A stretch of DNA of 63,316 bases, the filler included, from Folioceros fuciformis (taxonomy: Eukaryota), in the NCBI GenBank assembly GCA_049999805.1. It is 8 parts of 8 records of this genome, joined end to end, with 100 filler letters (N's around TTAATTAATTAA, not from the genome) between each part and the next. Parts side by side here need not be neighbours in the genome. Positions count along the whole stretch, not along the records: positions 25,222 to 34,098 come from JBNGIO010001962.1; positions 34,199 to 38,886 come from JBNGIO010001966.1; 6 more parts are not named here. One strand, 5' to 3'. The notes beneath the pieces are model-generated. The model ran no database searches, was not told the origin of the DNA, and saw only the letters and a list, made by a program, of their open reading frames with translations. Each line of letters begins with the position of its first letter. The first letter of the stretch is position 1. The position numbers were made by a program, and so were the translations under genes. This document shows, piece by piece, positions 26,100 through 38,049 of the stretch.

Positions 26100-26877
26100 T
26101 ACCAAGGCCGTTATTCCTATACCCGTAGGAACCAAGATAATTGACCACCGTGGGCAAGGTCCTCCTTGGCTGACCTGGTGTGTTGGTAGGGAACCATGGG
26201 GCCCTCTCCTTGGATGTGATAGGTTTGGGGGTATGATTGTCATCCAGCACATCCTGTAGGAGTCGAGTAGGGTCCCGCTGCTGCTCTTGTAAGGCCAAGT
26301 TCAAAACAGTATTTGTCCAATAATTCCTAAGTCTGTGAGCATAGCTGCCCACCTAAGCAGCATCTATGGTGAATGGCTTGCCAATGACCTGCTGAATGAC
26401 ACCCATGTCTTGGCGTAACTGAGGATGAGCATCCAATTGAGCTGGTGTATTTTCCAGCAAGTAAGCCACAGGTGGGTGCTGATCCTGGAGCCATCGAAGT
26501 ACTTGCACCAGATCCCTAAATAAGCTTGAACAGCTGCTGTGCAGCCCTGCTCCTTTCCCAGCTTGGGACAGACCCTGGCACTCCTATCCTGCGATTAGCA
26601 AATCCACAGTCCCAATAGCCTAGATGTGTGCTTGCTGGATATACCAAATGTTCTATGGAAGAGCACTACACATGCTCTTGCTGGCCTGTCGGGGAAATTG
26701 CTGAGGAAGCTGTTGCTGTAGCAATTGCACTCGATGGATTGCAATGTGCCTAACAACTGAGCAGGCATCACAATAGATGTATCTGGAAACAGTAATGCCG
26801 CACTTCAGCACTGCCTCTAGACTAGTGCACAGGCCCCCAAATAGCTCCACCAAGGTAATCCCTTGTGGTGTAGGCTG
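26100..26877 (-). pseudogene. C5 cytosine DNA methyltransferase domain within a retroelement polyprotein (4 in-frame TAG stops)
   Basis: A single frame carries motif I GITLVELFGG, RYIYCD, motif IV VDLLIAG*ECQGLSQAGKGAGL...SSLF (catalytic Cys 26578-26580), motif VI YLLENT and motif VIII DAA*VGSYAHRLRNYWTN. Confidence 0.9.
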
Positions 26878-29800
26878 AGTTAGAAATGCCATGCGGAAGT
26901 GTCTTGCATCAAGTAGATGCTTTACAAAGAAGGATAAACAATCAACTAAGGTTTAGGTTCATAGGTTCTTATACTATGGCTGAGTTACAGACTGGCCGTA
27001 AACTTCAGTGTATTCGCTCCGACAATGCGGGAGAACTCGACAACCATTAGTTTTGCGACTTCTGCGAGCAACGTGGTGTCTTGCGTCAGTTTATAGTGCC
27101 CTACACTTCTGAGCAGAATGGCATTGCTGAGAAGGCCAATGGCGATTTGATGTCCATGGCTCATGCCATGCTGGCACAGTCCCAGCTGCCCAAGTCCTTT
27201 TGGGCTGAGGCTGTGTCTACTACGGTGTACATTAAGAACAGAGTCCTCACCAAGTCGGTTTCTGGCCGTACTCCATATGAGTGTTGGCATGGGAGCAAGC
27301 CTTTCATTTCACATCTTCGTGTTTTTGGTTGCCTTGCCTATGCTCTTGTCCCATCACAGCTTCGCGACAAGCTTGATGCTCGTGCTTGCAAGTTGGTGTT
27401 TGTCGGTTATGGCAATGACTGCAAAGCCTACAAGCTCGTGGACTTGGACTCTCGGATTCCTATCTATGCCCGCACTGTCACCTGTGATGAAGCTAAGATA
27501 GTGCCTACTCTTGCGACGTCATTTGAGCCTCCTCTTGACGTGCAAGATAGTGCTTCCTCTGGCTCGAGCACTCCTCGCTCTTCTGGTGATACTTCTATTG
27601 ATCACTTTGTGCAGCCCTTTACTTTTCCGACTGTTGGTGTTCCTCCTCCTCCTGTGGCTCCTATCCTTCAAGCAATTCTGGTGCCACGAGTTGTTGGTCC
27701 TGCTCCCCAAGTGCAGCCCGCTCCTGAGTCACTTGTTCCTGCTCGAGAGGGGGACATGGAAATAGACCACGAGGTAGTATCTGAGGACCCACGTACGGAA
27801 CAAGGTGATGTTGAACATGTTGATTTTGAACACGTCGTGCCCCATGATTTCCTCAAGCACCTGTCACTCCTCCATCCCCACCTAGGCCCCCGGTTGCTCC
27901 TAAGCGTAGATATCCTACTCGTGTGCGCCAGCCTAGGCATCTTTGGAAGGAACAACCATTTGATATTGAGTTTAATCAAGCTAGCTTGACCTATGTTAAT
28001 TCTTCGAATGCTCTCTATGCCTTAAGTGTTACTGCTGCAGAGGGAGATCCTTTAACCTTACAAGAGGCTTACTCAGGACCCGAGTCAGCCAAATGGAAGC
28101 TGGCTATTGATGATGAGTACAACTGATTACTTAAAAACAACACTTGGACTTCGGTTAGTCTGCCTAAGGGTAGGACCACTGTCAAGTGCAAATGAGTTCT
28201 TAAAACTAAGTTCCAGGAAGTAGAGCCACGAATTCGCTACAAGGCAAGATTAGTAGCTAAGGGATATAGTCATAAAGAGGGAGTGGTTTATCAAGGCGAT
28301 AAGGTTTACTCACCCGTCGTCAAGGCTGCATCAGTTAGAATGCTCCTTGCTTTATGTGGTGAACTAAACTTGGAGATCTATCAGCTTGATGTGTGTACAA
28401 CCTTTCTCTATGGTCATCTTAAGGAAGAGATCTACATGGATCAACCCGAGGATTACGAAGATAAGGCTTGTCCACAAAAGGTGTGTAAACTTAATCGCTC
28501 AATTTATGGGCTTAAGCAAAGCCCACGACTGTGGTATGAGAGAATGGATTCATATCTTAAGAAAATAGGTTTTGTTCAAAGTGAAGCAGATACTAATATT
28601 TATGTGCTATGCAAGGATAGCTCACTTGTTCTAGTTGCACCCTTCGTGGATGACTTAATCATTCCAGGCAATAACGTTGAACTAGTCAACAAGATAAAAG
28701 CTGATCTCAGCAGGGAATTCGAGATGAAGGACCTAGGAAAGGTTAAGTATATCCTTGGCATGCATGTACATAGGGATACCACAGGTGCTATCTATCTTCA
28801 CCAAGGTAGATATGTAGCCACTATGCTCAAACGCTTCAACATGGAGAATGCTAGGGCGTCAACCACCCCAGGTGCGTTTGGAGTCAAGTTCTCATCTGCC
28901 TCATGTCCCCAATATGAAGAAGACAAGAAGGAGATGGAAAATATTCCTTATCGCATGGCAGTTGGCACCCTCATGTTCCTGAGTAATCAGACAAGACCCG
29001 ATATATCCAACACAGTCAACGTTGTTGCCCAGTTCTCTGAAAACCCAGGAAAGGATCACTGGGTTGCTATCAAGCGAATTTTGAGGTACCTTAAGGGTAC
29101 ACCTAATTATGGCCTTTGCTATATGCTAAGCGGGAAGAAGCATCTGCAGCTAACTTGTTATGTAGATGCAGATTGGGCTTCCGATGCAGAGACCCGAAAA
29201 AGTATATCAGCTTATTGTTTTCTAGCCAACTCCTCTGTAGTTAATTGGTCATTTAGAAAACAAGCAGCCATCTCCCTGTCTTCCACAGAGTCTGAGTACA
29301 AGGCACTCATCGAAGCCACTAAGGAGGCTGAGTGGGAAAGGAAGCTTTGTGAAGACTTGGGTATGAAGCAAGAAGGGCCAACAATCTTGCATTGTGACAA
29401 CATGTCAGCAATTGCTTTGGTTGCTAACCCCGTCTTCCATGCACGCACCAAGCATATAGAAATTCAACATCATTATATGAGGGATGCTGCTGAGAGAGGT
29501 ATCGTCAAGGTTCAATATATACCTACCGACGACAACACAGAAGATGTCTTGACCAAGTCCTTGCCTAAGTTCAAACACTGTTTTCACATAGAAGGGCTTG
29601 GTTTGGTGGATTGTAGTAGATACATGACACTAGACAAATCACTTATTTGGTAGGACCTTTCACTACACAAATATTCCGTCACTTAAGTTGATGATACGAA
29701 GCAGTTGGCATGCTTCTCTTCTGGTCACTTGAGTGGTGTTCTACTTTGTGAGATCTTGTAGACTATAGGCTCTACAAGAGTGAGGACTACCGACTCTAGG

Positions 29801-30115
29801 TGATAGCCGTTTTGAAGATGTTTAAAGCTTGGCGTCAACAGCAGTGATCTCCGTTTGTACTTAGGAGCTCTCTTCTAACAGCAACCAGCACGTATCTGAG
29901 AGGGAGAGTTGGAATATAAGGCAGACCACGTGGTTCTATATTTCGTTGGTTAGCCTAATTAGACATAGTTATAAGTGTAGTTAGTTAACTGACAGGTTAG
30001 TCAAAGGGCACACCCCTTCGTAAACTGCTACTTAAGGCCTACCTTTGTATCCACCTAATCAATTTGCTAATATATCATTTTCAATGCATCTGCTTTTGCG
30101 TTAGCAATTCTATCT
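26878..30115 (+). mobile_element. Internally deleted Ty1/Copia insertion (integrase-RT-RNase H, PPT, 3' LTR ~29908-30115) flanked by a GGCTG TSD
   Basis: IRSDNAGE, PYTSEQNGIAEKAN, YQLDVCTTFLYG, YGLKQSPRLWY, YVDADWA, HARTKHIEI; purine tract gagaggggag before ~29908; GGCTG at 26873-26877 and 30116-30120. Confidence 0.9.
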
Positions 30116-33100
30116 GGCTGCCAAGTAATGACGGCCTGTTGGATAGGAGAAACATCTACTGTCTCCCCTGTGGCTAGGTCTGTGAAAGCCTGCTGCAGCA
30201 CTTGCATGACACGAGTGACTGTCCCTGAGCTTGCTGTAGACGCTCCTTGCTAGTTGTGAGAACCCCAGATAGGACCTGAGAGTGTAGCTACGTTCCCAAC
30301 GCATCTTCTTCAGAATTAGGAACAAGAATATCCTCGTCCTCTCCACACTCAGCTAGCCATACTTGAGCGCGATGGTCTAGTGGTAATGAGGGCATTGTCC
30401 CATCCTCCCATGGCTGGATCTGCACCATGCATGCCTGCCGTACCACCAGCGTGGCCTCGGCTGCTTGTGTGGTGCCATGCAAATTCAGGGGCAAGTAAGC
30501 AATGCATTTTCCCCCTTGCTGCCAATATGGCCTATAAAAGGCCTGTTCTATTCAGTTGTCAATGGAAACTCCTGGAGGGAACAAAAATTCCTGTCCCAAC
30601 AGGATGTCATAATTGGTGGCCCTTGTGACTAGGCAGCGCACCATCAAGCTCACCTCATCCACTATGTTGGGCTTCAGAGTAATCTTGACTGGTTGGGTGG
30701 TTTCCCCTTTGACAGGTTCAATCGCTCCTGAGGCTATGCAAATATTCCAGGGAGACGGCTACAGAGCACTCCCTTCCAATCGCAGCCTAGCAGCCAGAAC
30801 CTTCCCTATGATGACTGGTTGTGCTCCCGTGTCCAACAACACAGCTCTGGGCGCAAACCCATTCACCAGCACATGGCTGCCGCGATTGTCCACCAGCACA
30901 TTGCCAATTGTGGCCTTGCGCCGATTTGTGGGCTGTACGACTGGCAAGCCCTGGCTTTCACAAGCCAATGGTGCAGCTTGCACCCTCTTGCCTGCAACAT
31001 GATGCCTATAGCAGCTTCTTCAATTCCCACATCTTGCAGGCTGAGTAAGGGTGTCTTGTGTACCCTCTTCAGCAGCTCCTTGTGTGTTAACACCATAGTC
31101 AAGAATCAGACAGCTTGATCAGGTTTAGGTGTTTTAGACCTATGATGCTGGCTGGAAACTTGGTCAGCCCCTTGTTCCACTTGGTCTCCTTTAGGCAAAT
31201 GATCTATCCCCTTACTAGTATGTTGGACCCTGGTGGAAGCTGCTGGAACGACCTAGGTATCGCAGCCCTAGCACCCTGCTGGCGTGTGGTCACGGCAACT
31301 GTCCCCAAAGCATGTCCCAACCATGTTTGTGGTAGTTGCTCACCAACCCTAGACAGGTCTAATTGCTCTAAGCCTCTGCCATGAGACGACCCAAACCCTT
31401 GCTGCTCCGTGTGTGTTGTGCGGGCTTCCATGACGGGACCATAATCCTCATCAAGTTCGGCTGATGTTTTGTTAGCCACAAGTTCCACCACACTGGCAAA
31501 CTTGGCAGCATTCAAGCTGGCTGCCAACGTGCTAACATGAGTGGTCAACGCTGCCATGGCTGTCTCTAGGGTAGTCAATTTGTCGGCTTGGGCAACCGTC
31601 TTCTGCTAAGCCTTGTTACGCTTGACTTGGCTCTTGCTGACAAGACTCCCTCCTGTAGCTACCCTTGCTGAAGCACTTCCTGAACCACTTGCTCCTGCAG
31701 CAATGTTAGGCTTAGTAGAAGCAGTGGTGGTAACATTGGAACCTATCCCTGTTTTCCACAGTCGTCGTTCCGGATACTTTGAAAAACAGACTACTTCCAC
31801 ATGGTCTGATTTCTGGCAGTGAGTGCAACGTAAAGAGTCAGCACCTACCTTACATGCAGGCAGGAGATGGTCAGCACTGCCACACCTATTACAAAGTGTG
31901 GTAACAATAGCTGCTGCCCCAGCCTTGGCGGGCTTAGCCTCCCTACCCTTGTTGGCAACACCCTAAGTAGTTGCCGAACTACTCTTCCCTGAAAACATCT
32001 GCTGGTAATGGTGAAAGACTTTTGTATGCTGAGAAGCATACGCTGAAAAAGCTAGTTCCTTCCTCTCCGCTTCTTGGTAGACCTGATCTAGTGTGTAATT
32101 GTCCCCATACTTGTCAACCAAGGTAGTAAGCAACTAACAGTGAAACAATGGATTAGTCTCCAAGGCAACCAAAAACTTTTGAGCTGCCTCTTGGTCGGTC
32201 AGCATGCCCGTACCATCTCTTTGCTTCTGCAATCGCTGAAGGCCATCTGGATAGTCTCACCTTTCTTGCGCGCAAAGGCTGCAAGCTCCGCAATCTTCTC
32301 TGGGGTCTTGGTTGGAAAAGCCCTATCCAGATTCGCAAAGAAATCCTCCACGTGGTTGTCATGCTTGGGCACGTCCAACTTGTCAAGAATACCAGCTGTG
32401 GCAGTAGCCATCTCTTGTTGAGTCATGTTTACTATCGTAGGTGGTGGGACTGATGTTGCAATGGTGCCAGCTGCAACCCTTGCTTGGTGAGTGGCCACCA
32501 CAGTAGCCAGCAGACTGCTGTATGCCACTTGTAGGGCTGCCGTGTAAGCAGGGTTAACCTTTTCTACCACCGCCAACATCTCTGGTGCATGAATCTCAAA
32601 CAAGTCCAAAGCTTGTTTGTTTATCAGCGGAAGGCTGGGACAAAAAGACAAAAGTGTTGTTGTAATAAAAGTGTTCAAAAACATTGTGTAAAGTACTTTG
32701 TTTGTATGGGCAACCCTAAGGGTGTGACCCTTGGATATATTCAACCTAAGCAGGTTAAATTGATTAACCCTAACACTCTCTCTTAACCTGCGATGGTTAA
32801 AAGCGAAGCTTAAGAGCTAAGGACTGAAGGACGACTCACACGAACTCCAGCTAGCACCACGTTTCCTCGTGGCGGCCCTTTAGTTGCCATCATTACTTCT
32901 CATGATAACCTTTTGTGCTATGGCATTGATGGCGATCACAGCCTACAGTCTGGCTGTTCATCCAAGCTACAAAAGGCGACTTGGCGCTTAGCAGAAGCAG
33001 AACTTTGACAGATCAATAGGGGCCTTACTTCCAATTGCGGCAGTGCGCTACCACCGTCACCACTTGCACCTACAAGATGGCTTGTAGCAGCTTTGATTCT

Positions 33101-33202
33101 TTGGAGATGGGCAGCAGTAGCATCGAGCGTCTGAGACCTCTGCCACCCAAACAGCTCCAGCTCTATCAGCTCCCTCTGTGATTGGGAAGTCATGGTGGCC
33201 AA
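30116..33202 (-). mobile_element. Decayed gag (two CCHC knuckles) and aspartic protease of the methyltransferase-bearing retroelement
   Basis: CNRCGSADHLLPAC-KVGADSLR-CTHCQKSDHVEVVC at ~31788-31893; VLLDTGAQPVIIG at ~30822-30839; CLVTRATNYDILLG; ends AVITWQP at the TSD. Confidence 0.8.
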
Positions 33203-33204
33203 CC

Positions 33205-34098
33205 AAAGCTGACATAAAGCTGCCGTGGCATCAGATCAAGGTGCTCGAGAAGTGCAACGAACTGGAAGACCTCCTCTCGTCTGCAAAGAAGAAAGCACGG
33301 GAACTAGAGGCGCTACAAGCTATGACACCTGCCGAGGACAAATTGTCATAACCCTTAACACCTGCAGAGTACAGTGCAGTGATGCGGGAGCTTGAAGAGC
33401 TTGGCTACATCCTTCGCTTAGCAACAAGTGAGAGGTAAACATGTCATCTTACAAAACTCTAACATGTGATGCACTCACGACTGGATTCTGAACTTAGGTT
33501 TCATCCACTGAGGGCACCACAACATTGACCTACTGTGAACAGGAGACAGTAAAGCAAGCCCTGTATTTTATGCGGACAGCAAGACCAAGTATGGACTGCT
33601 GCAAATTGGGCAAGGTGCCTTGCCAGCTACCTCCATGAGGACTGAATTAGGTAGGTCACCTACTAGTAATGGGCATGGAAAAAGCCCTCAGCCCAAGGGC
33701 TTCTAAGTGTTTGTAGTGCTTCTTCTTGGACAGACCCTTAGTAAAGATGTCAACAGTGTTTTCATTGGTACTGACATACTGAACTCTCACCATGCCCCTT
33801 TCAGCTACATCACGAACATAATGGTGATAAAGTTCAATATGTTTGGTTCTGGCATGGAACCTTGGGTTCTGGACAAATGCTGTAGCCGACATGTTGTCGC
33901 ATAGCAGAGTAGTTGGGCCAATCTGAGGTAAGTGTATTGCTTCCAAGAATTGCCTCTCCCACTCTAATTCCTTGCATGTGTCTATCAGGGCTTTGTACTT
34001 AGCTTCAGTGGACGACAACGCCAAGGATGTTTGCTTTTTACAAGACCATTTTGTTGAGTTATCGAGCTCTATATGAGCTAAACTCATGTGGTGTTAGT
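33205..34098 (-). mobile_element. Ty1/Copia RNase H end plus 3' region
   Basis: WSCKKQTSLALSSTEAKY...LLCDNMSA...FHARTKHIELYHHYVRD...VDIFTKGL (33656-34087). Confidence 0.9.
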
Positions 34099-34198
34099 NN
34101 NNNNNNNNNNNNNNNNNNNNNNNNNNNNNNNNNNNNNNNNNNTTAATTAATTAANNNNNNNNNNNNNNNNNNNNNNNNNNNNNNNNNNNNNNNNNNNN

Positions 34199-37100
34199 GT
34201 TAATGAAGATGAGAACCTTCACCTTAACTTTTGATCATGCAGGCTTCACACTTACTCAAGTTGGTAGCCAAGATATTGCATGGATAGGGTATCCCCTTTA
34301 GGACACCTACAAACTAGAAGCCATGCAACTAACCGTTTTCCTTGTGATCATGAAAGTGCACTTGCCATACAGACACCTGACAAGATTACAGGCAGTCCCA
34401 AAGAAGCCTACAAGTGGCACCTTCGACTTGGACATCTCAGTAATGCACGGCTCCACCAAGTGGCAAACTCTGACCTATATCTTGAGAAGATTTGCCGTTT
34501 TCTTGATCCGCCCTTTTGCGAGACTTGCGTCCTTGCAAACAAAAGACAAGATATGTTCCCTCATCACCACCAAGATGAGAACAGCTCAATTCTTAAACTG
34601 GTTCACTCGGATATATGTGGACCCATGAGCTCACCGTCCTATGGCGGTGCTCGATACTTTCTCTCTCTTACTGATGACTTCTCGTAGATGTGCTTTACAT
34701 ATCCTCTAGAGTTGAAGAGCCAGACTTTTGACATCTTCAAGACCTGGCTTGCAATGGTTGAAACTCAAACGTCTTGCAGGCTTCGTTGTCTGTGCTTGGA
34801 TAATGGAGGGGAATTTGCAAACCACCTCTTTGATGAGTTCTGCAAGAATAAGGGCATAACTCGTCAATTCTCTGTGGCTTACACCCCACAGCAAAATGGT
34901 ATTGCTGAAAGACTCAATCAAACCCTTCAACGCATGGCCAGGGCCACGTTACGACATGCCAGCCTTGATGTTAGGTATTGGGCTGAGGCCATAGCCTTTG
35001 CCACATATCTGAAGAATAGGCTTCCCTCTCGTTCTATTAACGGGAGAACGCCCTTTGGGCTATGGATGGGTTCTAAACCCTCACTCCTACATCTCAGAAT
35101 TTTTGGCTGCTCAGCTTTCAGCTTTATTCCTGCTGTCAAGCGCAAGAAGTTTGATGATCGGTCTGAAAAACTACTCTTCCTAGGTTATGGTGAAGGCTTG
35201 AAAGCCTATAAATTATATAATCCGGTCATAGGAGCCTTAATCTTCTCACTGGGTTATGGTGAAGGCTTGAAAGCCTATAAACTATATAATCCCGTCACAG
35301 GAGCCTTAATCTTCTCACGCAGGGTTACCTTCTTAGAAGACCCTTTGATTCAGTCGGCTACTTCCACTTCAGCTTCCCAGATATGCATCCATTTGATATG
35401 CGTTCGTCTGACGATGTCCGCTTGGATGCTTCAACTTCCTTACCAATAGACAAGCCTGATTCTTTTTCAACGCCTACTACTATTATTCCTCCAGCTCCAG
35501 CTAATGTAGCCACTCCTCCACCTGAACCCGCTTTGATGTTTGGAGATGTTCCTCTCGTTATGCCAGCAGATCCTCCACCAGTTGAGGAGCTTCCTCCTCC
35601 TAAACTAGTCGTTGTAGATCCTGTGCCCACTCGTGAGCTTCGACCTCAACACTCTCTTCGTGCTCCTACCAGGTTTCAACATACCACCTTTCGTCCTATC
35701 CGAGGCAGTGGGAGTCATGGAGGGGAAGTTCAGGCCAGTAATCCAGTTGAGCTAACTCCCCTGGATCCTGGCAATGCTCTCCCTGCCCCTGCCCTAGAAG
35801 ACGAAAACTCTTCAGGCCATGTTCTTGCTGTAGATTTGCTGGCCTTACCTTCTAGCAACACTTTCTTTGATCACACACCTGATCATATTAGTGAGGTACA
35901 CCAAGCCCTTCTCTCTCGCGTTCGAGCCTCTGAACATATTGTTCCTGTGGACATTGCTCTCTCAGGACCTGAAAGACATGAATGGCTTAATGCTATAGAC
36001 TATGAATGGAAATCTTTAATTCACAATCAAATGTGGCGGTTAGAAGATCTACCTCCTGGACGTTCAGCAGTCTCCTGTAAGTGGTGCTTCGTAAAAAATA
36101 TAATCCTGATGGATCCCTCTCTCGCTATAAAGCCAGATTAGTGGCAAGGGGCTTCAGCCAGAAGCCTTGGGTGGACTATGATCCAGACCTTTATGCTCCA
36201 GTGGTGAGATCCGAGTCCATTCGCTTCGTTCTTGCCCTATTTGCTGAACGTGACCTCATTCTCCACCAAATGGACGTCAGTACAGCGTTCTTATACGGAG
36301 AACTTGAGGAAACAATTTATGTCGCAGCCTGATATGTATGTGGATCCCAAGTACCCCAACAAAGTGTGCAGACTTCTCAAAGCTATATACGGACTTAAAC
36401 AAAGTCCTAAAAACTAGTACAAGAGGATCAATACATACCTTCTCTCCTGTGGTTTTGTTCGAAGCCCATCTGATTCGAATGTGTATAAACTCCACACCAG
36501 TTATGGCTATGTACTCTTGTACCTATACGTGGACGATTGTATCTTGGCCGGTAGCACACAGACAGCACTAGACAAGGTCAAAAACATTCTCAGAAAGGAA
36601 TATGATATAAAGGATGTAGGGGAATTGAAATATGTGTTAGGAGTGCAAATCGAAAGAAACTTACCACAACATGAACTCTGTATACACCAAGAGAAATACA
36701 TTGGCAATATTCTGAAGAGAATGCACCTTGAAAATGCTCGCCCTATTGACACACCCATGGTGACCAATCAACCATTGACTATCATGGATTGTCCACAATC
36801 TGAACAAGATAAGGCTGAAATGCAATCAATTCCATATCGTCAGGCAGTTGGCTTACTTATATATATATATGTTGCTAACTGGACAAGACCTGAGATACAG
36901 TACTCTGTCAATCAGGTCAGCCAGTTCTTACACAATCCAGGAAAAACACATTGGGTAATTGTTAAGCGGTTATACAGATACCTGAAAGGCTCACCAAGGA
37001 TGGGAATTCACTCTATAGGAAAATAAAAAATACCACATACCTTTGATAGGCTACTCAGACGTTGATTGGGGTAGAAACCCCTATGATCGTAGAAGCATTG

Positions 37101-37960
37101 CTGCCTATGTTTTTCTATTGAATGGTGGTGCAGTAAGCTTGTCAAGTAAAAAGATTACTTTCATATGTACTTCTATAGCAGAAAGTGAATACAATGGGCT
37201 CTCCATGGCTGCTAAAGACTTGTTATGGGGACGTTCTTTTCTTGAGAACATCGACTGCTCACAAAGCCAACCAACAGAATTGTACACAGATAGTCAAGCT
37301 GCAATAGCTATGGTGGCTAATCCAAGATTCCATGGACGAACAAAACACATCGAGCTTAGTTATCATTTTATTTGTGAAGTGGTGGAAAAGAATAAGGCTA
37401 GGTTGATAAACATTTCAACATATTTGAATGTAGCCGACGTTCTAACAAAACTTCTGCCTAAATACCAGCACTACAAGCACACAAAAGGTATGGGTATACT
37501 CCCGTGTTTCAACAAGAAGCCTTTGGTGCCGACAACATCCAACTCCGCAAGTGGGTGATCCTTGTGATTTAGCACAGGCACCAGAAGATTGCCCAGATAT
37601 CAGAATAATCTCGGAGTGCTAAGATTCAAAAGTTGCTCTTGATGTTACTGCTTGATTCTTGAATCGTCCCTCACACGCAAATCGTGCATTCTCGATTTTC
37701 CATGATGGAAATGCTTATGCGTGGTGGTTAGGCTATGACTTCGTGGGAGTGGGAGTGTTGGAGTAGCGCACTCGTTACTCCATGTATTAAGGCATATTTC
37801 GTTGTTATGTTTTCTTAAGGTGAAAGGTCATGTCTCCTTACACACACCTCTTCACATGCACCATGTGCATCCGCGTCTCTTCAGTTTCTGACTGCTCAAA
37901 CGATTCTCTCTCTTGTAACACACATTCATTCATATATAATAAAGTGATTCTGTGAAAATT
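34199..37960 (+). mobile_element. Decayed Ty1/Copia element: GAG-pre-integrase, integrase, RT, RNase H, PPT and 3' LTR
   Basis: WHLRLGH, VHSDICGP, DNGGEF, YTPQQNGIAERLN, RYKARLVARGF, YLYVDD, GYSDVDWG, RTKHIELSYHF; PPT tgggagtgggag at 37744-37755, then TGTTGG at 37756. The LTR end is approximate. Confidence 0.92.
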
Positions 37961-38049
37961 ATCGAGACGCCTCATCACACCATGTCTCACTTCTCTCCCT
38001 CTACTCTTCTATTACGGCGTCCACCTCATCACACCATGTCTCACTGCGC

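Noticed and set aside
26100-26877. The methyltransferase as a host DNMT3/DRM/CMT gene or bacterial contamination
   Set aside because: Intronless, no PWWP/UBA/BAH/chromo domains, canonical motif order (unlike DRM), continuous with gag-protease, and interrupted by plant LTR elements.
26878-26892. ATG of the 26653-26892 ORF as the methyltransferase start
   Set aside because: It lies inside the Copia-derived insert, beyond the TSD.
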